64,000 bases of DNA, taken from contig JAPDFW010000059.1 in the NCBI GenBank assembly GCA_028826165.1, positions 1,612,001-1,676,000 of the forward strand, in the 5' to 3' direction. This document shows, piece after piece, positions 11,001-25,006 of this stretch (its first letter is position 1; every line of letters begins with the position of its first letter). The position numbers were made by a program, and so were the translations under genes. Source of the DNA: Anaeramoeba ignava BMAN. Lineage: Eukaryota; Protista; Anaeramoebae. The notes beneath the pieces were generated by a model. That model was not told where the DNA came from and made no database searches. It saw only the letters and a list, made by a program, of their open reading frames with translations.

Positions 11001-14000
11001 TGATGAAACAGATACTCCAGCAAAAGCAAGAACTTCAAATTTATCAGAAGAACTTGGAATAGTAAAAATTCTTTTTGAAAAAGAATTTGATTTGAAAATG
11101 AATTTTTTATTCATAAAAAATAAAAAAAAAAGATTGAATATATTTTTAGTGATAAAACAGGAACACTAACATGTAATATAATGGAATTTATGAAATGTAC
11201 TATTGGAGGAATAAAATATGGAAATGGAGTCACCGAAGTTGCAATTGCAGCTGCAAAAAGAGAAGGAAGAATTCTTGAAAACAATAGAAAAAAAAATGTA
11301 GATTATATTTATTCACAATTTCCAGAAATAATAATAATAATAATAATAATCTTGTTAATATTTCTTTGATATTACTATTATTATTAGGAACCAGCATTTA
11401 ATGATGATAATTTATTAAACAATCTTCATCAAAAAACTCAATCTTCTCAAATGATTCATGAATTTTTAACAATGCTATCTGTTTGTCATACAGTTATACC
11501 AGAGAAAAATCAGGAAAATGAATCAGAAATTATTTATCAAGCTTCTTCTCCAGGTTCAATAATTTATTCTTCCAATTTTAGTTGTTATTTTTTTATGTTT
11601 ATTGATTTATTTTTTTTTTCTATCAAAAAAATATTTTGGAAATGAAATTAATAATTAAGATGAAGGAGCATTTGTTCAAGCAGCGAGATTACTTGGATAT
11701 CGATTTCATGTTTGCAAAAATTTTTGAGAAGAAAGAAAGAAAAAAATCAAAATATTAAAAATATAAATATAAATATAAAATATAAATAGAAAAGAACACC
11801 AAATTCTATAACAGTAGAAATTGAAGGAAAAGATGAAACATTTGAAATTCTTAATGTTCTTGAATTCAATTCTACTCGCAAAAGAATGTCTATAATTGTA
11901 AGAACTGAAGATGGAACAATTAAACTATATACAAAAGGTTCGGATTCAATGATTATGGAACGTCTTTCTCAAGAATCTCAAGATGTAGATGTCACAAATA
12001 ATCATCTTGAAGAATTTGCAAAAGATGGTCTTCGTACATTGTGTTTTGCAATGAGAGTGATACCTGAAGATGAATATCAAAAGTGGAACAAAAATTTTCA
12101 CAAAGCAAATATTGCTATTGAAAATCGACAAGAAAAATTAGATGAATCTGCCGAAGAAATTGAGAATAATTTACAGCTTATTGGGGCTTCTGCAATTGAA
12201 GACAAATTACAAGAAGGAGTTCCTGATGCGATTGAAGAACTTTCTAAAGCAGGAATCAAAATATGGGTTCTCACTGGTGACAAAAGAGAAACAGCAATAA
12301 ATATTGGGTTTGCATGTTCTTTATTAACCCAAAACATGACAATCATTACAATATCAGGAAATGATTTGCAATCAACAAAAAACGCTTTAGAAAGTGCAAT
12401 TAAAGAAAATTCCAATTTGGATGATAACGATGATATAATGAAGAAAAATAGAAATCTTGGACTTGTTATTGATGGTGCAACTTTAGAATATGCTCTTAAT
12501 GGAGATGCTAAGTTCAGTTTATTGCAACTTGCTCAAATGTGTAGTGCTGTTATTTGTTGTCGTGTTTCTCCTCTTCAAAAGGCTTTGATTGTTAAACTTG
12601 TGAAAGATAATTTGGATGTTATTTCACTTGCTATTGGTGATGGTGCTAATGATGTTAGCATGATTCAATGTAATTTTTAATTTAATTTTTAATTTAAATT
12701 TTAATTTAAATTTTAATTTTAATTTAATTTTTGATTTATTTTAATTTAATTTTTGATTTATTTTTAGCTGCCCATATTGGAATAGGAATTTCTGGACAAG
12801 AAGGAATGCAAGCTGTTCTTTCAAGTGATTATTCTATTGCACAATTTAGGTTTCTTAAAAAGTATAATTTAATTTTAAATTTATTTTTATCCGATTTTCA
12901 AATTTAATTTCAAATTTAATTTTATCCAATTTTCAAATTTATTCAAATTTAATTAAATTTATTTAAATTTATTTATTCAAATTTAATTAAATTTATTTAA
13001 ATTTATTTAAATTTATTTATTCAAATTTAATTAAATTTATTTAAATTTATTTATTCAAATTTAATTAAATTTATTTTTATCCGATTTTCAAATTTATTTA
13101 AATTTAATTTAAATTTATTTAAATTTATTTAAATTTATTTTTATCCGATTTTCAAATTTATTCAAATTTATTTCAAATTTATTCAAATTTAATCAAATTT
13201 ATTTATTCAAATTTATTTTTATCCGATTTTCAAATTTAATTTTAAATTTATTCAAATTTATTTAAATTTATTTCAAATTTAATTTTAAATTTATTTAAAT
13301 TTAATTTTCATCTTAAAAAATTAGACTAATCCTTGTTCATGGAAGATATTCTTATCGTAGAATCACAAAATTAATCGTATACTCATTCTACAAAAATATG
13401 GCATTTAGTATTATGCAAGTTTATTTTGCAATTTTTGCAGCTTGGTCAGCTCAAACACTTTTTGATTCATTTCTAATTTCCATTTTCAATGTAGTTTTTT
13501 CATCTCTTCCAATCGTTGTGATATCAGTTTTAGACCAAGACGTATCACAAGATGCAGAGCTCAGATACCCACAACTTTATTCTGATAGAAGCCGCAATTT
13601 TTTATTTAGCTTCACACGCTTCTGGGTTTGGCTCTTCCAAGGCATTTATCAAGGTGCAATCATGTTTTTTATTCCCTATTTTATTTGGAAATTTGAACCT
13701 TTATCTTCAAACGGTCAAGTTTTGGGAATGTGGGGAATGTCCACAACAATTTATACTTCTTTGATCATCACAATCAACTTGAAAATTGCGTTAGAAACTA
13801 CTTTTTGGACTTGGATGCATCATCTTACAATATGGGGAAGTATTGTTGTTTGGTTTCTTTTTGCCGTTATTTACAACGCAAATTTGAAAATATCCTCAAA
13901 AATGTTTCATGTTGTTTTCCAAACTTTAAAATTACCCAATATTTGGTTGCAAATATTGTTTGTGGTCGTGTTATCTTTGTTTCCTGATTTTGTTTATAAG

Positions 14001-14330
14001 TACCTTTCAAGATATTATCGTCCTCATTATTGGCAGATTATTCAAGAGCAAGAGAAAATCAAGCCCAAAAAATCAATAAATACTGTTAATAGCTTTAATA
14101 TGCAAGAACCCTTTTTGGTTGATTCTGCTGAAGAACTTGATAAATTGTTGATCACAGAAAAAATGAATTTGAATGAAATGAATTATATTGTTGATGGAAA
14201 ATCGGAAAAATTTACTGGATTCGCCTTCTCAACTCCTCATAATTCCTCATTTGGCATTGTTGACAAAAATCTTACATTAACTTTTTATGATGAAGATGGG
14301 GAAAATCAAATTTCGGAAAAAGAGCTATAA
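8001..14330 (+). CDS. P4-type ATPase phospholipid flippase (DRS2/ATP8-like), 11 exons
   Basis: Motifs [59 protein letters not shown] (phospho-Asp at ~11151), [39 protein letters not shown] and HGRYSY. Exons ~8001-8003, 8074-8247, 9887-10236, 10337-10609, 10680-11061, 11133-11297, 11388-11553, 11660-11709, 11790-12669, 12768-12861, 13325-14330. Confidence 0.95.
8275..9880. repeat. Intronic (AAATAT/AAATCT/AAATCA)n hexamer array
   Basis: Direct reading; flippase intron 2. Confidence 0.9.
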
Positions 14331-14473
14331 TGATCCAAAAAGAAAATCCATTTAATTCTTTTCTTTTTATTTTTTTTCTTTTTATTTTTTTTGGATTTTT
14401 TCATAAATTTAATCAAAAATAATATTTTCATTTTTTTCATTTTTCATTTTTGATTTAAATTCATTTTGTTAAT

Positions 14474-15586
14474 ATGCAAAATCAAGAAAATAATTTGCAA
14501 ATACAAATACATTCCAAAATAAACAATCCTTTTATTACATATGATTTAAAATGGGTTCCTTCAAGCACAAGATTTTTGAGTATTGGAGGAACAGGAGAAA
14601 ACCAAGGGATCATAACAGTATATTCATTAGAAAGAAACCAACGAATTTCTATTCAGAAAAAAATTGAGGGAGAATACAATTTTAAATGCGGAACATTTGG
14701 AGCTAGTGATAAAATTGACAGAAATATTTCCGTTGGAGATTTTCAAGGAGATTTGAAAATATTTGATTTGGAATATTCTGAAGAACCACTATTTAAATCA
14801 TCTCATCTTTCAATGATAAATTCAATCGATGGAATTTTGTACAATAATTCTCCTTTTATTGCTGCCTCTTTACAAAACGGAAATATTGTTTGTTTAGATC
14901 CTCGTCAACAAAAAACAATTATGGAATTTCATGATAATTTAAATATCGATGCTTGGTGTGTTAAAATTAATGACCAAAACAACCCTGTTATTTTAACTGG
15001 ATATGAAAACGGCGATTTTCTTGCCGTTGATATCAGAAAACCAACTAAATCAAACAATCTTAAATTCAATTTAAATCATCCAATTTGTTCAATTGATGTT
15101 AAAAATAAAAATCACATCTTAAACATCGCTTGTTCTTGTACTGAGAATTCAATGATCTTCTTTGATTTGGATTTGCAAAAAGATTTCGAAGAAAAAACAA
15201 AAAATCCACTAAATTATCAAAAGCTTGATTTTAATAAATATTTTAATGAAAAAAATGATGAGAAAAATTCCGAAAAAAAAAATGTCAAAAATTTCGAAGA
15301 AAAAAATTCGGAAATTGATTCAGAAAACTCAGTCACTTTGTGGTCAACTTCGTTTTCTCCTTTCAATCCCAATTTATTAGGTATTAGTAACGGAATTGGT
15401 GATTTTTTTTTAATGGAACATAGAAATTCAAAAGTGGATTTAGTTTCTTCACTTAAAGTTCCAGGAAAAGCAATTAATTGTTTTGATTGGAGTTTTGATA
15501 AAGCTGGTTTATTTGCTTTTAGTTGTTTTGATGAGAATTTATATGTTGGAATTTGTGGTCCGGAAGATTTTCTTTTAAATTTCTAG
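14474..15586 (+). CDS. DNAAF10: WD40 protein WDR92/Monad (dynein axonemal assembly factor 10)-like
   Basis: Motifs YDLKWVPSSTRF, FKCGTFGAS, VGDFQG, INSIDG, DAWCV, GYENGD and FDWSFDKAGL..FD match the WDR92 family pattern. Intronless. Confidence 0.8.
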   Translation: MQNQENNLQIQIHSKINNPFITYDLKWVPSSTRFLSIGGTGENQGIITVYSLERNQRISIQKKIEGEYNFKCGTFGASDKIDRNISVGDFQGDLKIFDLEYSEEPLFKSSHLSMINSIDGILYNNSPFIAASLQNGNIVCLDPRQQKTIMEFHDNLNIDAWCVKINDQNNPVILTGYENGDFLAVDIRKPTKSNNLKFNLNHPICSIDVKNKNHILNIACSCTENSMIFFDLDLQKDFEEKTKNPLNYQKLDFNKYFNEKNDEKNSEKKNVKNFEEKNSEIDSENSVTLWSTSFSPFNPNLLGISNGIGDFFLMEHRNSKVDLVSSLKVPGKAINCFDWSFDKAGLFAFSCFDENLYVGICGPEDFLLNF

Positions 15587-15664
15587 ATCAAAAAAATAAA
15601 GAATTTTTTTTTCATTTTTCATTTTTCATTTTTCATTTTTTTTCTTTCTTCTTCTTCTTTTCAA

Positions 15665-16680
15665 AAAACAACAAAACAAAACAAAACAAAACAAAACAAA
15701 ACAAAACAAAATAAAACAAAACAAAATAAAACAAAACAAAATAAAACAAAACAAAATAAAACAAAACAAAATAAAACAAAACAAAATAATGTCAATTCAA
15801 GAGTTTAAATCTTTTATTCCTGAAGATAATTCTCTTGTTAATAATTTTATTGAAAATTTAAATGAAAAAATTTCTTTTTCAACTTGGGTTAGAAAACAAA
15901 AATCAAAAAAGAAATTTGAGGATCGAATACTTGTTATTACAAATTATCGTTTAATAACAATTGGGAAGAGAAAAGCACATTTTAAATATCAAGTAATATA
16001 AAATTCATTTCAAAATTAATTTCAAAATTAATTTCAAAATTAAAATTAAAATTAAAATTCATTTCAAAATTAAAATTAAAATCAAAATTAAAATTAAAAT
16101 TAAAATTAAAATTAAAATTAAAATTCATTTCAAAATTAATTTCAAAATTAAAATTCATTTCAAAATTAAAATTAAAATTAAAATTAAAATTAAAATTAAA
16201 ATTCATTTCAAAATTAAAATTAAAATTAAAATTAAAATTCATTTCAAAATTAATTTCAAAATTAAAATTAAAATTAAAATTCATTTCAAAATTAAAATTA
16301 AAATTAAAATTAAAATTAAAATTCATTTCAAAATTAAAATTAATTTCAAAATTATAATTATAATTAAAATTCATTTCAAAATTAAAATTAAAATTAAAAT
16401 TAAAATTCATTTCAAAATTAATTTCAAAATTCATTTTTAAAAATTAAAATTCAAATTAAAATAAAAAATTAAAATTAAAATTAAAATTAAAATTAAAATT
16501 AAAATTAAAATTAAAATTAAAATCAAAATCAAAATTAAAATTAAAATTAAAATTAAAATTCATTTCAAAATTAAAATTAAAATTAAAATTAAAATTAAAA
16601 TTAAAATTAAAATTAAAATTAAAATTAAAATTAAAATTAAAATTAAAATTAAAATTAAAATTAAAATTAAAATTAATCTA
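15665..16680. repeat. (AAAAC)n upstream of the LRR gene (15665-15785) and intronic (AAAATT)n array (16000-16680)
   Basis: Direct reading. Confidence 0.85.
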
Positions 16681-19643
16681 ATTTTTAGATTTGTCGAAAT
16701 ATCCATTTCTTTTCTTTAAAAGAAATTAATGTTTTAGAAGAAAAAAAAGTAAAAAATTAAATTAAATTCATTTAAAAAAAAAATTTTATTGTTATTTTTA
16801 TTATTACTTTTAAATTTTCTTTCATTTTTTAGATTCAATTCATTTTTGAAAAGTTTATTCTTCTTTGTTTTTCTGATAAAATTCCACAAATTCTTCAAAC
16901 AATTTTTTTAAATTTTTCAAAATTTGGAACTCAATTATCAAAAAATAGAACATTTAAATTTACAACAAAAATACCTGAAATGTAAATTAAATTAAATTAA
17001 ATTAAATTAAATTAAATTCAAATTAAATTAAATTAAATTAAATTCAAATTAAAATTAAATTAAATTAAATTCAAATTAAAAAATTTTTTGTTTTTTCTTA
17101 TTCTTTTTTTAGATCTGCTTGTTTTAATCCTGGTTTGATTATTTCTTTTAAAAAATTTCTTTTAAAAAATTTCAAATTAAAAAATTCAATTTAAAAATTC
17201 AATTTAAAAAAATTCAATTAAAAAAATAAAATAAAAGAACCTTTTGTTGCTTCCGGTTTTGTTAATTTATATAGATCTTGGTGTAATTATTATCAAGTTT
17301 CTCCAAATGAAGAATTTATCAAATATATTTTAAATGAAATTCTTAATCATGAACTTGAATCACAAAGAACTATTTTCAATTTATCAAATTTCCAAGGAGT
17401 AAATGATTTGATTCAAGACACAAAAATGCTTAGTTCTTTAATCAAAACTTTAAAATACAATAAATATTTTGAAGGATTTATTGTTGATAATATTCTGAAA
17501 AAAGATACACTTAAATCATTTACTTCAATTTTTAAAACAAATTCAAAAATTAGCAAAGTAATAATTTCTGGTGCTCAAAATGATATTGGATTTGCTGAAT
17601 TAGGAAAAGCTCTTGCGAATAACCCCAGCATAAATATCAACTATTTAGATCTTTCTCTTAATAATTTCCCAGAAAGTGCTATGAGTTCTGGTTTTTATGA
17701 TGGAATTTCTCAAATGAAAAGTTCATTAACCCATTTGGATTTATCTTTTTGTCAAATGAACTCATCATCAATATCCAAATTATTTTCAGCCTTATCAGCA
17801 AATCCAAGACATAAAATCATAACTTATCTTAATTTATCTCATAATAACTTTGGTGAATCTGGATCTTCTGCTTTTGCAAATTGGTTGAAAAATACACATC
17901 AATTATATCAAAATGAAAATTCAAATGAAAATATTTCTTCAAAACATAAATTTTTGGAGTATTTGAATTTATCAAATTGTTCTTTGAAATGGAACATTGT
18001 TTCTCAAGCAATTGCAGATTATTTATCCACAGATCATCTTCTTTTTCTGGATTTATCTCAAAATCGTATTCAAAAAAACTCATTATCTTCAATTTTAAAT
18101 ATGATTAAAAAATTAACTACTATCAAGTTTCTTAATTTATCCAAATTAAATCTGATAAGAAATTCAGCAGCACAAGTTTTAAGTGCAATTTTATCCAATT
18201 CAAATCTTTCAGGAATTTGTCTTAATTTAAGTGGAAATCGATTAGGATCAACAGGAGCAGAATCAATTTCCAAAATTTTTGAATCAAGTAAAGAATCAAA
18301 TTCACTTGAGGAGTTAGTAATTGATGATTGTTTTTTGAAACCATTTGGATTAGCAATTTTAGTTCGTTCAGATCAAAAGATATTAGGGAATCAAAAAAGA
18401 AAAGTAACACAACCAAGATTAAAAGGAGTTATTGAAGAAGAAAATTCAAACAATCAAAAAATCAAGAAAATCAAGAAAATCAAGAAAATCAAGAAAATAA
18501 AGAAAATAAAGAAAAAGAACCAACAAAACCTGTTGAAATTAATCAAAATTCAAATGAAAATCAAAATGATGATGATTATGAAAATGATTATGAAAATGAT
18601 GATGAAAATGATGATGATATGGAAACTGAATTTGAAAATGAAATGGATATCGAAATTGATAACTCAAAATTTTCTCCTTATTCACTTAGTTCATTAGCAT
18701 TCCAACAAAATGATGAATATATTCAACCAGAAATTGATACCAAAGATTTAGTATTCAATCAATCTTTAAAAAGAATATCAATTTCTCGATCATTTTTACC
18801 TGTTACTAAAAAAAAGGAAAAACACATGATTGAATATTCATTTTCAAAATTGTTTCTTCAAAATGGATTGGAATGCTTGAGAATTCGAGGCAGTTTAAAT
18901 CAATCATTTCCCTCTCAAATTCAAATTTTTGGATCAATTGAAAAAACTCGACTCAAAAAATTAGACATTTCACAAAATAAACTTGGAGAAATACTTTTAA
19001 AACAATTATCTCAAAAAATATCAAATGTAAATTGCAAAATACAAATTTTAAAAGTGGATAATAATGATAATACTATTATGAGCTTGCAAGAATTTGTTTA
19101 TGCATTACAAAATAATCCAAATTTCTATTATTTAGATTGGCCAAAAGAAGATGTCAAAAAATTTCTTCAAGGAAAAAAGAAAAAAGTTAAAAGAGCAAAA
19201 GAACATATTCAAAAACTTCGTAAAACTATTAAAAATTACAGGAAAAATGAGAACACTTATTCTCATTATAGAAAACGCTTTTCAAGATTATTTAATCCAG
19301 AAAATTTATCTCCAAAAGAAACTGATGATGGACCTGAATTCTTTTTTGAGGATTGTTTTGATATTACTTCTCCTGATTCTTTCCATTATATTCAATCTTT
19401 AGAATATTATAAGTTTAAAAAATTATGTCAATTCAACATAAGTATTTATATTTATATTTATATTTTTATTTTTATTTTTAAATCAAAATATTTTAATTTA
19501 TATTTATATTTTTAAAAAACAAAACAAAACAAAACAAAATAGTTGCTTCTTTTTTGGGAAATGAACTTGAATTTTGTAATAATTCTATTTTTGATGATGA
19601 TTTATCTGATCCTCATTTTACTGAATCTTCAGATTTAGATTAA
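15789..19643 (+). CDS. CARMIL/LRRC16-like protein (N-terminal PH-like domain + RNI-type leucine-rich repeats)
   Basis: Motifs EDRILVITNYRL, GFVNLYRSWCNYY and LIKTLKYNKYF precede many LxLSxN repeats. Exons 15789-15992, 16689-16748, 16833-16981, 17113-17132, 17238-19441 (1-nt frameshift at ~18455 in an AATCAAGAA repeat) and ~19543-19643. Confidence 0.7.
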
Positions 19644-19852
19644 TTCAAAATTAATTTTTATTTAATTTCAATATTTTTTTTTCCTTTTTCTTTAATTTGA
19701 TTTGATTTAATTTGCTTTTTTTTTGGAAAATGAATTCAATTTGAATATTTTTTTAAATTTTAAAATTTTAAAAAAAAAGAATTTAAAATTGTTTATTGAA
19801 TTGAATTGAATTGAATTGAATTGAATTGAAATAATTTCTTTTCTTTTGTTTT

Positions 19853-21099
19853 TTAAACATTATATTTAATTGGTTTTTCTTGATTTGGAAGTGTTTTATG
19901 TGAACTAAAAGTAATTTTAGTATTTTCTGGAATTTCTAATTTTTCCTTAAATTTACCACTAAATATTTTAAATTAAAATTTAATTAAGAAATTAAAAAAT
20001 TTAATTAAAAATTTAAACAAACCCAATTCTAATTTGATTATCTTTCTTTTCAGCATCTTTAGTCCAAAGAGAAATTCTATCAGTTGTTCTTCTACTTACA
20101 GCAGCTCCACAAATAAACTCATGATCATCATATTGTTCTCCAATTAAAGAAAGCATCTAATTTTCATATTAAATTTTAATTCAAATTTTTATATTAAAAT
20201 AAATTGAATTAATTACAGTATTTAACCAAAGATTATCTAAACTTAATCTTTTTCTTCATTTTCCTAAAAAGACCATTTTTCCTTCCATTTTTTGAAAATT
20301 TTGAAAATAATCTTCCCATTTTGGAAGCTTTTAATAATAAACACCAAAAATGTTTTAAAAAAAAAATAAATATAAAATAAATAAATATAAATATAAATCT
20401 AAAATCTAAATATAAATATAAATCTTTAATATAAATATATAAATATAAATAAAATATAAATATAAATATAAATATAAAATAAAATATAAATATAAATATA
20501 AATATAAATATAAATATAAATATCTAAATAATATAAATATAAATATTAATAAATATAAATATAAATATAAATATAAATATAATTATAAATATAAATATAA
20601 ATATAAATATAAATATAAATATAAATATAAATATAATTATAAATATAAATATAAATATAAATATAAATATAAATATAAATATAAATATAAATATAATAAA
20701 TATTTAAATAATTATAAATATAAATATAAATCTAAATATAAATATAAATCTAAATCTAAATCTAAATCATAAATATAAATCTAAATCTAAATTGAATTAT
20801 AAATTAGAAAATTACAGTTTCAAATTCAAAAACTTTCACAATACTTTGATCCCATTCATCTTTTGTTTCACCTAATTGAGGTTTAGGAACATGAACCCAT
20901 AAAGTCCATTTCCTTTGAAGTTGATGTTTTGGTTGCTTTTCTTTGGTTTAATTTTTAATTTTAAATTTTTAATTTTAATTTTTAATTTTTAATTTTTAAT
21001 TTTTATTTTTAATTTTTAATTTTAATATTTACTTGTATTTAAATTTGAATCTTCTATTTCTGTAAAAGAAATTGTTTGAGAATCTAAATTATTTTTCAT
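19853..21099 (-). CDS. EIF4E: Eukaryotic translation initiation factor 4E (exon 3 damaged in this sequence)
   Basis: Motifs KHQLQGKWTLW, FEFET, FWCL, PKWED, LDNLWLNT/MLSLIGEQY, ICGAAVSRR, DRISLWTKD and RIG. Four introns. The exon at ~20217-20355 is shortened, frame-broken and lacks an AG acceptor. Confidence 0.85.
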
Positions 21100-21397
21100 T
21101 TAAAAATTATAATAAAGAAAAAAGAAAAAGAAAAGAAAAAGAAAAGAAAAAATGAAAAATGAAAAATGAAAAAAAAATTTTGAATTAATTTGACATTGAA
21201 ATAAGTTTTTCTTTTTTTTTTTGACTTTCTCTTTTTATTTCTTGCTATTTTTTTATTTCAAATTCTACTTTTGTTTCTTATTATCTTTTTGTTTTGTTGA
21301 TGAAAAAAAAATTTAAAATAAAAATTTTTTTTTCTTCTTTTTCATTTTTCATTTTTTCTTTTTTCTTTCTTGTTTAAAAATAACAAAAAGATTAAAA

Positions 21398-23568
21398 ATG
21401 TTATTAACATTTTTAGAGTTTATTTTTTTAATAGGATTTCTTTGTATAATTACACAAACACAAACACCTGTTGGTTGTGATTTTGCACTAAAAGATGAAA
21501 ATCAAAATCAACATTATTATAATTTCACAAGTTTAATGAGAAAGTAAATTCAAATTCACATTTAAAATTCAAATTTAAAATCAATTTCAAAATCAAAATC
21601 AAATTCAAATTCAAAATCAAATTCAAATTCAAATTCAAATTTAAAATCAAAATTAAAATCAAAATCAAATTCAAATTCAAATTCAAATTCAAATTCAAAA
21701 TCAAAATCAAAATCAAATTCAAAATCAAATTCAAAATCAAATTCAAATTCAATTTCAAATTCAAAATCAAAATCAAAATTAAAATTAAAATCAAAATTAA
21801 AATCAAAATCAAAATCAAAATCAAAATCAAATTCAAATTAAAATTAAAATTCAATTTCAAATTCAAATTTAAATTCAAATTCAAAATCAAATTCAAATTA
21901 AAATCAAATTCAAAATCAAATTCAAAATCAAAATCAAATTCAAAATCAAATTTAAATTCAAATTCAAATTCAAATTCAATTTCAAAATCAAATTAAAATC
22001 AAAATCAAAATCAAAATCAAATTCAAATTCAAATTTAAATTCAAATTCAAAATTAAAATCAAAATCAAATTCAAATTCAAAATCAAATTCAAAATCAAAT
22101 TCAAAAAATCAAAATCAAAATCAAAATCAAAATCAAAATTCAAAATCAAATTCAAAATCAAAATCAAAATCAAAATCAAAATCAAAATCAAATTCAAATC
22201 AAAATCAAAATCAAAATCAAAATCAAATTCAAAATTAAAATTAAAATCAAAATCAAAATCAAAATCAAATTCAAATTCACATTTAAAATTCAAATTCAAA
22301 TTCAAATTTAAAATCAAAATCAAAATCAAAATTAAATTCAAATTCAAATTAAATTAAAATTAAAAAGAGATTATCAAGATCCTTATACTTATCAAGATTT
22401 AGATGCAAATTATTTTTATATGCTTAATTTATGTGCTAATATTGAAAATATTCTTGATTGTCCTTGTTGCACTCCTGGAACTTCAACTGGTTATGTTATT
22501 GAAGAAACAAATCAAAGTACTTCATGTACAAGCATGGGTCATACTGAAAATATTTTATTCGGTGCTTTAGGTATTCAAATCAAAATATATATTTAAATCA
22601 ATATAAATATTTAAATTAAAATATATTTAAATCAAAATAAATATTTAAATTAAAATATATTTAAATCAAAATATAAATATTTAAATCAAAATAAATATTC
22701 AAATCAAAATAAATATTTAAATCAAAATAAATATATTTAAATCAAAATAAATATTTAAATCAATATAAATATTTAAATCAAAATAAATATTTAAATCAAA
22801 ATAAATATATTTAAATCAAAATAAATATTTAAATCAATATAAATATTTAAATCAAAATAAATATTTAAATCAAAATATATATTTAAATTAAAATATATAT
22901 TTAAATTAAAATAAATATTTAAATCAAAATATATATTTAAATCAATATAAATATTTAAATTAAAATACATATTTAAATCAATAAATATATTTAAATCAAA
23001 ATATATATTCAAATCAAAATAAATATTCAAATCAAAATAAATATTTAAATCAAAATAAATATTTAAATCAAAATAAATATTTAAATCAATATATATATTT
23101 AAATCAAAATAAATATTTAAATTAAAATAAATATTTAAATCAAAATAAATATTTAAATCAATATATATATTTAAATCAAAATAAATATATTTAAATCAAA
23201 TTCTTTAAAAAATGAAAAAAAAATCAGATAAAGATGATCTTGAAGATGGAATTTATATCACTTATTTTTTAACATATGATGAATTTTCAATTGAAAGATA
23301 TATGACAGTAAACTTATATTGTAATAATTATCAAAGCTTCAAACTTGTAACAGTATTTTATGAAAACGATATTCGACCTAATGGAATTCAAGTAAATATT
23401 CTCACAAATCTTGCATGTTTTGAAAAATCTAATCCAGTGAGTAAATTAAATTCTTGTTCCAAATGCTCTGCTCCTGCAGCAACATTTGGAGTTTTTAGTT
23501 CTTTGTTTTTTGGAATTTTGGTTGGTTATATGTTTTATAAATGGAAACAAGAAAAACAAAGCATTTAA
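21398..23568 (+). CDS. Type I membrane protein with MRH (mannose-6-phosphate receptor homology)/ATG27-like domain
   Basis: Signal peptide, then C..YYNFTSL, YFYMLNLC, GIYITY, VNLYC and ILTNLAC (MRH Cys/strand pattern), then a C-terminal TM (ATFGVFSSLFFGILVGYMFY). Exons ~21398-21543, 22368-22570, 23228-23568. Confidence 0.6.
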
Positions 23569-23840
23569 CCAATAACAATAATAATAATAACAATAATAAC
23601 AATAACAATAACAATAAAATTTCTCTTTCAAATCAATTCCTTTTGTTTTCTTTTTTTCAATTTTGAAAAATTTTCTTTTAAATTTCTTTAAAGCTATTTT
23701 ATTTTTAAATTTCATTTTTAAATTTTAATTTTCTTCTTTTTTCTCTTCTAAATTTGCTTTAAATTTTCTTTTGAATCGAAACAAATCAAATTCCAATAAA
23801 ATAACTTTAATTTCTATTAATTCATTAATTATTTAATTAT

Positions 23841-24817
23841 TTAATTATTTTTTCCTTTTTCTTTTTCTTTTTCTTTTTCTTTTTCTTCAATTTTAACCCA
23901 CATTTTTAATCTGAAAGCATCTTCTCCACTTAAATAATATCTCTTTAATCTTTTAGTACGAATAAAACCAAGTTTTTCATAAAATTTAAGAGCAGCAGTA
24001 TTTTTAGTTTCAGTTTCAAGAACAATCTTTAATTTTAATTTTAATTTTGATTTTAATTTTATAAATGAATTTTAATTTTAATTTTAATTTTAAATTTTAA
24101 TTTTTAATTTAATTTTTAATTTTGATTTATATTTTGATTTTAATTTTGATTTTAATTTTGATTTTAATTTTAATTTTAATTTTAATTTTAATTTTAATTT
24201 TAATTTTAATTTTTTAATTTTAAATTTTGATTTTAATTTTATAAATGAATTTTAATTTTAATTTATATTTTGATTTTAATTTATATTTTGATTTTGATTT
24301 TAATATTAATTTTAATTTTAATTTTGATTTTAATTTTAATTTTAATTTTAATTTTAATTTTAATTTTAAATTAAATAAAAAACAATAAATAATAAAGAAA
24401 CAATTAAATCGAGAATATAAAAAGAACATACTTCAGTGCATTTATCTTTTTTCATTGCTTCAATAGTTCTAACAACAAGGTCAGTTGCGATTCCACGTCT
24501 ACGAAATTTTGGAGAAACAGCCAACATTGCAATATATCCTCTCATTTTTTCATGATGCATTTGAGCACGAGAGATAACAGAACCAATTATTTGTCCTTCA
24601 GAAATAACCTGTATGATTTGTTTTTATGAACAACTTTTATTCTAGTTTTTTTTATTAAAGAAATATTTACATTGAAACATAAATGTGGCCATGATTGAAG
24701 AAAATAACGATATGTAAAAATTGAATAAGGTTCTGATAAATCTTGTGAAAATAAATCCATTAATTGAGGGATTTGAGATTCATCTTTATAAACTTCATAA
24801 ATTAATTCTTCTGCCAT
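23841..24817 (-). CDS. NAA30: N-alpha-acetyltransferase 30 (NatC catalytic subunit, MAK3)
   Basis: Motifs [46 protein letters not shown] and [13 protein letters not shown]. Three exons. Confidence 0.93.
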
Positions 24818-25006
24818 TTAGAAAAAAAAAATGAAAAATGAAAAATGAAAAATGAAAAATGAAAAATTAAAAATTAAAAATTATTTTTTTTGATCCACTT
24901 TCATTAATTTCGATTTTCAATAAAAATCAAAAAAAAAAACTGAAAATTTAATGAAAATTTAATGGAAATTTAATGGAAATTTAATGGAAATTTAATGGAA
25001 AATAAT

